A stretch of DNA of 64,000 bases, from NCBI GenBank assembly GCA_050949045.1, contig JBMNEZ010000001.1, forward strand, positions 352,001 to 416,000, in the 5' to 3' direction. Below are positions 27,975-38,248 of this stretch, piece by piece. A program made the translations under genes and the position numbers. The stretch comes from Candidatus Izemoplasmatales bacterium (GTDB lineage Bacteria > Bacillota_I > Bacilli_A > Izemoplasmatales > Hujiaoplasmataceae). Position 1 is the stretch's first letter; each line of letters begins with the position of its first letter. The notes under the pieces are model-generated. The model was given only the letters and a program-made list of their open reading frames with translations. It searched no databases and was not told where the DNA came from.

Positions 27975-29108
27975 GTGGCTCGTAAAATCCTTTTTGTGGC
28001 TCATATGGATTCGCACATCGCCAACTTCCATCTTCCCTATTTGAAATGGTTCAAAGAACAAGGCTATGTGGTCCATGTCGCTTCCAACTCTCAAGAAAAA
28101 ACAAGACCGATCAACTATTGTGATCAGAAGTATGAGGTTCAGTTCGCTCGCTCTCCGTTTTCACCAAGGAACATCAAGGCTTTTCGCCAGTTGAAGAAGA
28201 TTGTCTCAAACAATGAATACGCCTTGATTCACTGTCATACACCTATCGGTGGGGTCATTACCAGAATTGTTTCTAGAAACACCAAAATCCCTATCTTCTA
28301 CACTGCCCACGGCTTTCATTTCCATAAGCATAGTTCACTTATTGATTGGTTGTTGTTCTACCCGATTGAGAAATGGCTTTCTCGTTATACTACCGAACTC
28401 ATAACGATCAATGAAGAAGATTACCAACTTGCAAAGTCAAAGTTTAAACGCAGTTGCAGTGTCAATTACATACCGGGTGTTGGTGTGAATCAAAATGAGC
28501 ATTATCCTCTGACGACAATTGAGAATCAAAAAAACAAAGCTAAACTTGGTTTTGCATTCGATGACTTCGTAATGGTGTGCGTCGGAGAATTGACAAAGAA
28601 CAAAAACCAAGCCTTCCTAGTCAGAGCGATGGCAACAGTCATCAAAACCAAGCCGAAGGCGAAGTTGTTGCTATTGGGTTATGGGGTATGCACCGTAAAA
28701 TTGAGAAAGCTTATCAAAAAACTCAATCTTGAGAATCATGTTTTATTACTTGGATTTCGCAATGATGTCTTGGAAATCATGAATTTTGCCGACCTAGTCG
28801 TCTCGTCAAGCAGAAGGGAAGGATTGCCCAAATGCCTGCTTGAGGCACTAGCAATTGGAAAGCCGATGCTCGGCTCAGATTGCCGCGGCAATGTCGATAT
28901 CATCGTTGATGGGGAAAACGGGTATTTGTATCAAATTGACAACCAAAAAGATTTTCTTCAGAAACTTGCTCAATTGATGAATAATCCAGAAGCGTTGAAG
29001 CGCATGGGAGAAAAGTCGATGGCGATGTGCGGCAGATTCGAACTCGATATCGTATTAGAACAGATGGCTACACTGTACAAGAAGCATTTGGAGGAGGGAA
29101 AACGATAA
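27975..29108 (+). CDS. GT4 glycosyltransferase (EpsD-like)
   Basis: HCHTPIGG, YTAHGFHF, SRREGLPKCLLEA. Confidence 0.9.
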   Translation: MARKILFVAHMDSHIANFHLPYLKWFKEQGYVVHVASNSQEKTRPINYCDQKYEVQFARSPFSPRNIKAFRQLKKIVSNNEYALIHCHTPIGGVITRIVSRNTKIPIFYTAHGFHFHKHSSLIDWLLFYPIEKWLSRYTTELITINEEDYQLAKSKFKRSCSVNYIPGVGVNQNEHYPLTTIENQKNKAKLGFAFDDFVMVCVGELTKNKNQAFLVRAMATVIKTKPKAKLLLLGYGVCTVKLRKLIKKLNLENHVLLLGFRNDVLEIMNFADLVVSSSRREGLPKCLLEALAIGKPMLGSDCRGNVDIIVDGENGYLYQIDNQKDFLQKLAQLMNNPEALKRMGEKSMAMCGRFELDIVLEQMATLYKKHLEEGKR

Positions 29109-30403
29109 TGCCACTAAAAATCGCCGTAATTGGCATGGGTTACGTAGGCTTGCCAATCGCGGTTGCTTTTTCGGAAAAAGGTATTGATGTCATCGGTTTT
29201 GACATCAATAAAGCTAAGATTCAGTCATATATAAATGGTGTCGATCCAACTCACGAGATCGGCCATGAGCGCTTAAGAAAGGCTGTAAAATTGAAATTTA
29301 CCGCCAACGAGGCCGATCTCGATCTTGCCAATTTTTTCATTGTGGCAGTACCAACTCCGGTTCTGCCTGACAAGACACCAGATTTGGAGCCATTGAAATC
29401 GGCATCGAAAATCGTTGGGAGGCATTTGAATAAAGGCGATTATGTCGTCTATGAATCGACCGTCTATCCTGGAGCCACCGAATCGATCTGTGTGCCGTTG
29501 CTCGAAGCCTCTAGCCAACTCAAGGGAGAGAGAGACTTCAAATACGGTTATTCTCCTGAGCGAATCAACCCCGGCGATCAAATTCACCGTTTGGAAACCA
29601 TCGTCAAGGTTGTCTCCGGGTGCGACATTGAAAGCCGGAAACGGATCAAAGAAGTCTATGAGATAGTCTGCTCGGCCGGTGTGTATGAAGCAGAAACGAT
29701 CAAAACCGCCGAAGCAGCAAAAGTAATCGAAAACTCGCAAAGGGACTTAAACGTCGCTTTCATGAACGAACTCGCAATCATCTTTGACAAGATGGATATT
29801 GACACCATCGATGTCCTCAATGCCGCTGGCACGAAATGGAACTTCCTTCCGTTTCGACCAGGACTGGTCGGGGGACATTGTATCGGTGTCGATCCATATT
29901 ACCTTACGTACAAAGCCCAGATGGAAGGATATATGCCGGAAGTAATTCTAGCCGGAAGAAGGATCAATGACAGCATGGGCAAGTTCATCGCCGAGAAAAC
30001 GATTAAAAAACTGATCAACGCCGGAATCAATGTCAAACGGGCGAAAATCTTGATTTTGGGGCTGACATTCAAAGAAGATTGCCCTGACATCCGCAATTCA
30101 AAAGTAGTCGATATCTATTATGAACTCAAAGAGTATCAAGTCGGGAAGATTATCGTCAGCGATCCGTTGGCAGAAGCGATCGCAACGAAGAACGAGTACG
30201 GCATCGATCTCGTTGATCTCAACGCTGTCAGTGATGTCGATTGCATCATCATCGCCGTCAAACATCAAGCCTACTGCAAGATGTCTATCGATGATTATGA
30301 AAGGCTATATGATAATACCAAACAGAAACGAGTTTTGATCGATGTAAAAGCAGTTATGAACAAAGAAGATGCAGTTCAGCACTTCGACTATTGGCGTTTG
30401 TAG
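29108..30403 (+). CDS. UDP-N-acetylhexosamine 6-dehydrogenase (TviB/WbpO-like)
   Basis: GMGYVGLP, YESTVYPG, SPERINPGD, PGLVGGHCIGVDPYYL. Confidence 0.92.
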   Translation: MPLKIAVIGMGYVGLPIAVAFSEKGIDVIGFDINKAKIQSYINGVDPTHEIGHERLRKAVKLKFTANEADLDLANFFIVAVPTPVLPDKTPDLEPLKSASKIVGRHLNKGDYVVYESTVYPGATESICVPLLEASSQLKGERDFKYGYSPERINPGDQIHRLETIVKVVSGCDIESRKRIKEVYEIVCSAGVYEAETIKTAEAAKVIENSQRDLNVAFMNELAIIFDKMDIDTIDVLNAAGTKWNFLPFRPGLVGGHCIGVDPYYLTYKAQMEGYMPEVILAGRRINDSMGKFIAEKTIKKLINAGINVKRAKILILGLTFKEDCPDIRNSKVVDIYYELKEYQVGKIIVSDPLAEAIATKNEYGIDLVDLNAVSDVDCIIIAVKHQAYCKMSIDDYERLYDNTKQKRVLIDVKAVMNKEDAVQHFDYWRL

Positions 30404-31378
30404 GTGGACGATATGATCAAATTTCCAAAAAACACAAAGTTTTTAATCACCGGAGGAGCAGGGTTTATCGGCTCCAATCTCGCGGAACACTTGCTTAAGC
30501 AAGGATACTATGTCCGTGTCATTGACAATTTTTCTACAGGGAAAAAAAGTAACATCGAAACGTTTTTGACTTTGCCGAATTTTCATTTGATTGAAGCGGA
30601 TATCCGTGATCTTGATAAATGCCAAGAGGCATGCAAGGGGATTGACTATGTTCTTCATCAGGCGGCGCTCGGCTCGGTTCCGCGCTCAATCAAAGACCCG
30701 CTTACCTCAAACGAAGTCAATGTTTCCGGTTTTTTGAACATGATGATTGCCGCAAGGGATCAACAGGTAAAACGGTTTGTCTATGCCTCATCGTCATCGG
30801 TTTACGGTGATGAGGCGACACTGCCAAAAACAGAAGGCAAGGAAGGTAATCTCCTGTCACCATATGCAATCACCAAGCATGTGAATGAATTGTATGCCAA
30901 GATCTTCAGCTCGCTCTACGGGTTGGAAACTATTGGCCTTAGATACTTCAATGTTTTTGGCAAGCGCCAAGATCCGGAGTCTGAATACGCTGCGGTTATT
31001 CCTTTGTTCGTCAGGGCAATCTTGAGGAACGAAACGCCGATTATCCATGGCGATGGCTATCAAACCCGGGATTTTACCTACATCGACAATGTCATTCAAG
31101 CCAACCTCTTGGCCTGTCTTGCGCCAAAAGAGGCGAGCAAAGAAGTCTTCAATATCGCTTGTGGCGAGCAAGTAGCTGTCATCGACATGTATGACACCAT
31201 TGCTAAACTAATGGACAAGCATGTGAAACCGATCAATGTTTCGCCAAGATCCGGTGATATCCGCCATTCATTGGCGGACATTTCCAAAGCGCATCGATTG
31301 TTGGGCTATACCCCGGAATATGATTTTCTTCAGGGAATCAAACTCACATTGTCTTGGTACATCAGTTATTTTTCGTAG
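30404..31378 (+). CDS. UDP-GlcNAc(A) 4-epimerase (TviC/WbpP-like SDR)
   Basis: TGGAGFIGS, HQAALGSVPRSI, SPYAITK, GLRYFNVFG. Confidence 0.9.
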   Translation: MDDMIKFPKNTKFLITGGAGFIGSNLAEHLLKQGYYVRVIDNFSTGKKSNIETFLTLPNFHLIEADIRDLDKCQEACKGIDYVLHQAALGSVPRSIKDPLTSNEVNVSGFLNMMIAARDQQVKRFVYASSSSVYGDEATLPKTEGKEGNLLSPYAITKHVNELYAKIFSSLYGLETIGLRYFNVFGKRQDPESEYAAVIPLFVRAILRNETPIIHGDGYQTRDFTYIDNVIQANLLACLAPKEASKEVFNIACGEQVAVIDMYDTIAKLMDKHVKPINVSPRSGDIRHSLADISKAHRLLGYTPEYDFLQGIKLTLSWYISYFS

Positions 31379-31385
31379 GTAATTT

Positions 31386-32507
31386 ATGAAGGCACTCCGT
31401 ATTCTTTACATCATTCCCAGTTTCAACTATGGGGGCAGCGAGAGAAAAGTCGTTGATTTGGCGTTAAACCTCAATCGCGATTTTTTTGCTGCATATGTGA
31501 TGTCAATCAGTGAAGACGGAGTTTTGAAGAAAGAACTTGACGATGGGGGAATTCCCTCGGTGTGTGTCAAGAAAAAAAGCAAGTTCGACATCTTCGTCGT
31601 TTTTAGAATTTGTCGTTTCATTAAAAAGAACAAGATCGATATTGTTCATGTCTTCACCAGCACAGCAAAGCTTTGGGGACGGCTCGCATGTATGGGCAAT
31701 AAAAAAGTCGTGGTCGTATCGACAGAAGAATCATTGTTTCGCGGGCTTCGATCGGATGTTTTTTTTGAAAGGCTTTTTAATAAAAGAACCAGTGTAATCG
31801 TTGCCAATTCTCACGCGACAATGATGTCCGCAATCGAGAAGACACATATCTCTGAAGCAAAGTACCGAGTAATCTATAACGGGATCAACCTTAAGCGTTT
31901 TAGCGATTACAAAGGAAACCGCGATAGCGACCGGCACTTCTACAAGATTCCCGCCGACAAGTCGGTCATCCTCCATATCGGAAGATTCGATGATCGCAAA
32001 GGACATAAGTACTTGCTTAAGGCAATGCCTTTGATTCTTCAAGAAAAGCCGGACGCTTTCTTGGTTTTGGCTGGGGAAGGCGAAACAATGGTAAGTATGA
32101 TCGAACTGATAGATGAACTGAAGATCAACGAACAGGTCTTATTAGTCGGGTATGTCGCTGATCTGCCAAAGCTGTATCACACAGCCGATGTGTTTGTTTT
32201 ACCGTCTGTTGCGGAAGGATTTGGCAATGTCATCGTCGAAGCGATGGCCTCTGGCATCCCTGTTATCGCGGCCGCTGCTGGAGGGATCCCGGAGATTATC
32301 GAACATGAACAGACAGGCTTGTTGTTTCCTCCCAAAGACGAAGATGCTATCGCCAAGGCATATCTGAGGCTCACTCGCGACGATGAGTTAAAAACGAGTT
32401 TAGTCGGAAATGCCTTGAAGAACATTTCCAAGTTTTCGCTGGAAACACAAGTGGATTCCTATCAAAAACTTTATCTTGAGCTTAGTATAAGAGGCGAGGA
32501 TCGCTGA
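31386..32507 (+). CDS. GT4 glycosyltransferase
   Basis: GGSER, RKGH, EGFGNVIVEAMA. Confidence 0.9.
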   Translation: MKALRILYIIPSFNYGGSERKVVDLALNLNRDFFAAYVMSISEDGVLKKELDDGGIPSVCVKKKSKFDIFVVFRICRFIKKNKIDIVHVFTSTAKLWGRLACMGNKKVVVVSTEESLFRGLRSDVFFERLFNKRTSVIVANSHATMMSAIEKTHISEAKYRVIYNGINLKRFSDYKGNRDSDRHFYKIPADKSVILHIGRFDDRKGHKYLLKAMPLILQEKPDAFLVLAGEGETMVSMIELIDELKINEQVLLVGYVADLPKLYHTADVFVLPSVAEGFGNVIVEAMASGIPVIAAAAGGIPEIIEHEQTGLLFPPKDEDAIAKAYLRLTRDDELKTSLVGNALKNISKFSLETQVDSYQKLYLELSIRGEDR

Positions 32508-33376
32508 TGGAAATCTTATGGATCTTTCTTGGCATCATCGGGATGCTAATGATTTGGAATATTATTAGGTTTCTTCTTTTCAAGAAAGACTTTGTTCCGG
32601 TGTTGATGTATCACAGAATCGACGATTCTGTGACGCCTTCATCGCTTCGCTATGTCAAACATAAAGGCAAAATACTTGATCTTGATGAGATGAAGACAAC
32701 TCTGAATCAATTTGACAGGCAATTGGAATATCTAGCAAAGCGCGGATACACCGCAGTACTTATGAATGATTATCTTAACATTAAGGCGAAAAAGCCTGTC
32801 GCACTCACTTTTGATGACGGCTACTTGGACAACTATACCAATGCCTTTCCGTTGCTTAAGAAACACAACATCTGCGCTACGCTTTATTTATGCACCGACA
32901 AAATCACTGATTTGCCCGGCACAGAGTATCTGAGTTGGCCTGATATTAAGATGATGCAATCGGAAGGCATCGGTTTCGGCTCGCACACGAAAAGCCACTT
33001 GTGGTTAAATGAGGAAGCCTCAAAAACTCAAATTGAAGATGAGATTGTCTCAAGCAAACTATTAATCGAGAACAAACTGAACCAGAAAGTCAACAGTTTT
33101 TGTTATCCAGCGGGCGTGTATACAGAAGAAGCAATCGAAGTGGTCGGTAAGCATTATGACAATGCCGTAATCACCGCATACGGAAGCGAGGTTCCATTAC
33201 ATAATGCCAATCCTTTCTTGATTGAAAGAGAAGCAATGTCAAGAAGCGACTCTATGCTCATGTTCAAATTGAAACTCTGGGGCGTTCATCGGTTCATCCG
33301 CAAATCATGGCTGTTTAAGGTGGTGAAGAAACTTAGACATGGAAAAGCAATCACTGAGGATTCTCGCAAACACTGA
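32507..33376 (+). CDS. Membrane-anchored polysaccharide deacetylase (CE4)
   Basis: N-terminal TM plus VLMYHRI, LTFDDGY, GSHTKSH, FCYPAG. Confidence 0.9.
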   Translation: MEILWIFLGIIGMLMIWNIIRFLLFKKDFVPVLMYHRIDDSVTPSSLRYVKHKGKILDLDEMKTTLNQFDRQLEYLAKRGYTAVLMNDYLNIKAKKPVALTFDDGYLDNYTNAFPLLKKHNICATLYLCTDKITDLPGTEYLSWPDIKMMQSEGIGFGSHTKSHLWLNEEASKTQIEDEIVSSKLLIENKLNQKVNSFCYPAGVYTEEAIEVVGKHYDNAVITAYGSEVPLHNANPFLIEREAMSRSDSMLMFKLKLWGVHRFIRKSWLFKVVKKLRHGKAITEDSRKH

Positions 33377-34322
33377 GTATTCCTTGTGGAACGAGTTTCT
33401 TGATACCCTTGAGTATGCCAATGTGTTTCAAGCGGTCAGTTATCTTGAAGCGCTGAAAGTCAACGGTTGGCACTATGAGGTCGTTGTCAATGAAGATCCA
33501 GCCGGCAGTATCATTTCTGGAGCGATTATTCAACTGAAAACCCTGATTGGCAATCGCTATGCTTACGCTGCGATCAACTATGGACCTCTATCAAGAAATC
33601 ATGATTCCGGTCTTGAGCCAATCATCGATTACCTGAGGCAGAAGAAGTGCAAAATCCTTGATCTGATGCTTCTTTCCGGAATTGACATCAATTCGGTTAA
33701 AGGCCTAAAGTACAAACATACCGGCAATAATTACACTTATCTGCTCGATTTGCTAGTCCCCTACGAGAAGATATTCACTAATTTTTCACATACGCATAGA
33801 AATTGTGCGAGAAAAGGCAAGAAAGAAGGGGTAGAGATCACTTTCTCAACTGATCAGAGCATAATCCCTTTGTTTTTAACAAAATATATGGAAATGGCTT
33901 CCCGAAAGAGTTTGAAAGCCATCACTCCTTCACTGATGCAAGCAATCGTTTCTAATCTTCTTTCTACCAATAATGGTTTTTTTGCGGTAGCGAGTTTCAA
34001 AGAAGTAGTTTATGAAATAGCCTTTGTTTCAACCGCCGGCAAGTCTGCTCGTTATCTTTACGGCGCATCGTCAAAACAGCCGAAGGGAACACCGCCGATC
34101 GGGCAGTATCTTCACGAGCAGATCATCGTCAAACTTCAAGCGGAAGGATATTCGACCTATGATCTTGGCGGTATTGTCAGCGAGGTTGTTCCGCCGGAGA
34201 ATGAGACATATGGTGTTTGGAAGTTCAAGAAAGGCTTTGGCGGCAAGGCTACGACAATGACTGCCAATTACCGCGTCTTTCTTTCTGGGGGATTATCTAG
34301 ACTGATAAGCCCGTTCATATAG
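33339..34322 (+). CDS. FemABX-like tandem-GNAT (aminoacyl)transferase
   Basis: NVFQ...W, YGP, TYLLDL...R...RKGKKEGV, YLYGAS, YDLGGI...GVWKFKKGFGG. Confidence 0.8.
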   Translation: MEKQSLRILANTEYSLWNEFLDTLEYANVFQAVSYLEALKVNGWHYEVVVNEDPAGSIISGAIIQLKTLIGNRYAYAAINYGPLSRNHDSGLEPIIDYLRQKKCKILDLMLLSGIDINSVKGLKYKHTGNNYTYLLDLLVPYEKIFTNFSHTHRNCARKGKKEGVEITFSTDQSIIPLFLTKYMEMASRKSLKAITPSLMQAIVSNLLSTNNGFFAVASFKEVVYEIAFVSTAGKSARYLYGASSKQPKGTPPIGQYLHEQIIVKLQAEGYSTYDLGGIVSEVVPPENETYGVWKFKKGFGGKATTMTANYRVFLSGGLSRLISPFI

Positions 34323-35888
34323 GTGATGTATTTGGAAAAAGCGAAGAAACACATCTTAACCAATGTTAGCAAAGCCGTCGGCGTTCTGACGATTATAACC
34401 ATTATCAGCAAGTTTTTGGGGTTGTTTCGTGAGATTGGAATCGCGGCTGCTTTTGGCGCAGGAATGGAAACGGACGCCTTCTATGTGGCAGTCCTGATTC
34501 CGACTTTGATCTTCACATCGGTTGGCCTGGCACTACAGAATTTATTCATGATTGAGTTTACAAAGGTGAAGGAACAAACAAACAGTTTAAAAGATCAATC
34601 GCTTTTAATCAGCAAAATGGTCAACATTTTGCTGGTAACAGCGATTTTGTTGTTCGTCATCTCTTTTTTATTTGCGGATGCGCTCGTTAAAATTATTGCC
34701 CCGGGATTTGTCGATCCGGATAAAGTGTCGCTGACTGTCGTTTTAACGAGGATCTTATTGCCGGTAATCATCATTATCCCTATCTACAATATCAAAGCTT
34801 CGGTGATGAAAGTTTATAACCGTTTTGGCACGATTGGAATGATTGACTTGATTTTCAACGTGGCACAACTTACTTATCTGCTTTTGTTTGCGGATCGCTT
34901 TGGCATTCACGGGCTTGCATATGCGATTCTTGGCGCATATTTGCTTCAACTAATCATCGTCGAAATCCTCATGTATAGATTGGGGTTTCGCCATTATTTC
35001 TGTTTCGGCTTCAAAGATGATGCAATCAAGCGGATCTTCGGTTTGTTTTTGCCGACACTACTCGCCTTTGCCATCATCCAAGTGAATGCGATGGTCGAGA
35101 AGATGATTGCATCAACGCTTCCCGAGGGCAGTATTTCTGCGTTGAACTACGCTTTGACCGTTAGGAATCTCGTTTTCAATGTCTTTGTACTTTCTGTGCT
35201 TACGGTTATCTATCCGAAGCTTCTGCATCACCGGACAAACCATGAAGAAGAAGAGTATCAAGACACTTCGATCAAAACACTTAAATTCTTGATCGTCGGT
35301 ATCATTCCGATGGTCATGACGATAATGTTGTTTTCAAACACGATCATAAAAGTGATTTTTGAACGCGGCGAGTTTTTACTGGAAGCGACACTGGTCACCG
35401 GGCAGGCATTGTTCTATTATGCGATTGGGATTCTGTTTTTTTCCTTGAAAGAGTTTTTCGTCAAGATATCCTTTGTCAATCAAGATACGAGACTGCCGCT
35501 TTTCATCACATTCATCGGGGCACTGCTTCATATATCATTAAGCCTCCTTTTACTGCCGTCAATGGGAATAAACGGAATCGCTTTGGGATTGTCGATATCA
35601 GAATTGATCAGTTTGATTGTTCTGGTGATCTTTATCGGCAAGAACGGTTATCTAGCGCTTGGAGATAACAGCGGTGATGTTTTCAAGATTGTGTTGATCA
35701 CTTTTATTGTCGGGATTCCTGCTTATTTTGTACAACCCTATCTCAATGTTACGGGCGGTTTCATTATCCAAGCGCTTGCGGTATTGGCAGGATTTGTCGT
35801 TATTGCGGTCAGTTTCGTTTTGTTGGCACTGCTCTTTCGGGTTGATTTGTTCAAATCGATTTTCAAGCGAGGGGAGCGAAAATCATGA
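34323..35888 (+). CDS. murJ: MurJ/MviN-family lipid-linked oligosaccharide flippase
   Basis: SKFLGLFRE..IAAAFGAG..TDAF, IASTLPEGSISALNYA, FERGEF, DTRLP. Confidence 0.88.
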   Translation: MMYLEKAKKHILTNVSKAVGVLTIITIISKFLGLFREIGIAAAFGAGMETDAFYVAVLIPTLIFTSVGLALQNLFMIEFTKVKEQTNSLKDQSLLISKMVNILLVTAILLFVISFLFADALVKIIAPGFVDPDKVSLTVVLTRILLPVIIIIPIYNIKASVMKVYNRFGTIGMIDLIFNVAQLTYLLLFADRFGIHGLAYAILGAYLLQLIIVEILMYRLGFRHYFCFGFKDDAIKRIFGLFLPTLLAFAIIQVNAMVEKMIASTLPEGSISALNYALTVRNLVFNVFVLSVLTVIYPKLLHHRTNHEEEEYQDTSIKTLKFLIVGIIPMVMTIMLFSNTIIKVIFERGEFLLEATLVTGQALFYYAIGILFFSLKEFFVKISFVNQDTRLPLFITFIGALLHISLSLLLLPSMGINGIALGLSISELISLIVLVIFIGKNGYLALGDNSGDVFKIVLITFIVGIPAYFVQPYLNVTGGFIIQALAVLAGFVVIAVSFVLLALLFRVDLFKSIFKRGERKS

Positions 35889-38248
35889 TGGCTGGGAAAA
35901 CTGATTGGTTTGCCAAATTGCAGTCGGTAATGGTAATAGTTGTCGCCTGTGTGTATTTGGTTGCCAATTTTATTTTTTGGAATCTCAACTCGCCTGCTTT
36001 AAAAGCCAACAGCACAACGATATACAATATTTTTATCTACTCGATGCTAGTGGCTTTTCTTGTGAATATAAACAACATCAAAATTCGCTCGTTCTTTAGG
36101 GACAACCGCTTTCTTTTTGTTCTGGCAGTAATTTTGTTGTTCAACTCTTTCTTCATTCCGCTTGGGGGTAGAAGCAGAGAGTTTGTTTATACCATTCTCG
36201 GGGTGTTTTTGCTGACAACGATCATTGGCAGACTAACATATCGAAGTTTGATCGACTACGGTCTCAAGATTTTGCTCGGGCTGTTCGTGGTCTACATGCT
36301 TCTGGGAGTTATCGGTGCCGTCTTTCAGTTGGAGTCATTTTTTGGCTGGTTTCCTAATAATTTGACCGACAACTACCGCTACAGTTCAATCCTCGATAAT
36401 CCAAATTCCTTGGGTGAATATTCGTTCGTGGGTTTTTTTATCGCTGCTTTCTATTTTGTCAAAACACCAAATAACAAAACAAGGTTGCTATGCGGTCTGA
36501 TTATTGCTTTATCGGCAGCTTCGCTCCTAGTAAGTCTGAGCCGCGCCGCCTTGGTCATGGTTGGCGCGACGGTCGGCTACTTGCTTTTTTCGATGAAGCA
36601 CTTGGATAAGCAACTCAAGTTAATTCTTAAGCTGGGAATCATTGCCGTTGTCGTTGGACTGATATGCGGTTTCATCATTGCTCCTCGGTTCATGATTACT
36701 TTTTTTCGGCTTGATCAAGGGCTTACCGGCAGGGATGAGATCTGGCGGTATCTTGTCGAAGGAATCAAAGAACATTGGCTGTTTGGCGTAGGCTATAACA
36801 ATTCGCAGCTATACATCAGCATCGCCTTTCCCGGGCAGACATCATCAGCTCACAACATGTATCTCGGCTTTCTTTATGAAGCGGGGATCATTGCCTTCAT
36901 CGTTTTGCTTGCTTTCATGGTGCTCTTGATTATTCGAAACATCATATTGATCAAGCAAGACAGTAAAATCAGATTGTATTTGATCATGATTAACGCTTTC
37001 TACATCGGTTTCTTTGTCGCTCAGTTTTTTGAGTTCACATTTATGAAAATATCTGCCATAAACACCTTTATGTTCTTCATCTTTGGGATCAATCAGGCAC
37101 TGGTCTATCAAGCGAAGAAAGATGGGGACATCAAACTTCGAGTGGTTCATATGATAAGCGGGCTTGCGAACGGCGGAGCTGAGGCGATGCTCTATAAAAT
37201 CGTTAAGCACACTGATAAAACCAAATATCAGGCTAGTGTGGTCTCAATGGACACAAGGGGTTTCTATGGCGACTTGATCGAAGGCTTTGAGATTCCGGTA
37301 ATCGCTCTCAGGCTTAAAGAACCAATCGCCTTTATTAAGATTCTTCCGAAGTTCATTAGCCTTGTTTTCTTCGCCGATGTGCTTCAAACTTGGTTGTATC
37401 ACGCGAATCTGTTCGGGCTGTTTACAGGAAAACTATTGGGCGTTGACAAGATCATCTGGGGAGTCAGGCAGGCAAATGTCAGTTACGATGTCAATCCCCG
37501 TTTGGCTATGCATATTGCCAGGGTCTGTGCCTCGCTCTCTTTGTTTGTCTACCGGATTCTGAGTAATTCCGATGAAACGACGAACACTCACCAAAAACTT
37601 GGGTATCTGAAAAGAAAGTTTGTAACGATCTACAATGGTTTTGAAATGAATGAAGACTATTTGGATCAGAAACTGCTTACATCAATGAGAGCGGAGCTTG
37701 CACAAGATAACGATCTCTTAATCATCAATGTCGCGAGGTGGGATCCTCAGAAGGACCATCGGACATTGTTTCAAGCAGTCAGATTGTTGAAAAAAAGCGA
37801 ATCCAAAATGAAAATAAGACTCATTCTTTTAGGAATGAATATCGACCAGTCGAATGATGAACTTGTCAGTTTGTTGCGGGAAAATGAAATTTATGATGAC
37901 ACCATTTTGCTTGGAGTTCGTCATGATGTGTTGCAATTGATGGCCATTAGTGATATTTTTGTACTGTCATCTCTTGGCGAAGGCTTTCCCAATGTATTGG
38001 GCGAGGCAATGTCAGTCGGAACATTGGTCGTTGCGACCGATGTCGGCGATTGTAAGGCCATTATCGGTGATGCTGGACTATGTGTTCCCCCGAAAAATGC
38101 CGAGTTGCTCTTTGAGGCAATCGAGAAACTCATCAGTTTGCCTGAAATCAAAAAAGATGAACTGAGGCAGAAAGCAATGAACAGAATCAAGAACACATAT
38201 GACATCAAGGTCATCACCAGAAAGTACGAGGAACTCTATGGCGAATAA
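35885..38248 (+). CDS. O-antigen ligase/polymerase-family domain fused to a C-terminal GT4 glycosyltransferase
   Basis: NPNSLG, SLSRAA, TGRDEIW, AHNMYL, then HMISGLANGGAE, QKDH and EGFPNVLGEAM in one continuous ORF. Confidence 0.88.
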   Translation: MMAGKTDWFAKLQSVMVIVVACVYLVANFIFWNLNSPALKANSTTIYNIFIYSMLVAFLVNINNIKIRSFFRDNRFLFVLAVILLFNSFFIPLGGRSREFVYTILGVFLLTTIIGRLTYRSLIDYGLKILLGLFVVYMLLGVIGAVFQLESFFGWFPNNLTDNYRYSSILDNPNSLGEYSFVGFFIAAFYFVKTPNNKTRLLCGLIIALSAASLLVSLSRAALVMVGATVGYLLFSMKHLDKQLKLILKLGIIAVVVGLICGFIIAPRFMITFFRLDQGLTGRDEIWRYLVEGIKEHWLFGVGYNNSQLYISIAFPGQTSSAHNMYLGFLYEAGIIAFIVLLAFMVLLIIRNIILIKQDSKIRLYLIMINAFYIGFFVAQFFEFTFMKISAINTFMFFIFGINQALVYQAKKDGDIKLRVVHMISGLANGGAEAMLYKIVKHTDKTKYQASVVSMDTRGFYGDLIEGFEIPVIALRLKEPIAFIKILPKFISLVFFADVLQTWLYHANLFGLFTGKLLGVDKIIWGVRQANVSYDVNPRLAMHIARVCASLSLFVYRILSNSDETTNTHQKLGYLKRKFVTIYNGFEMNEDYLDQKLLTSMRAELAQDNDLLIINVARWDPQKDHRTLFQAVRLLKKSESKMKIRLILLGMNIDQSNDELVSLLRENEIYDDTILLGVRHDVLQLMAISDIFVLSSLGEGFPNVLGEAMSVGTLVVATDVGDCKAIIGDAGLCVPPKNAELLFEAIEKLISLPEIKKDELRQKAMNRIKNTYDIKVITRKYEELYGE

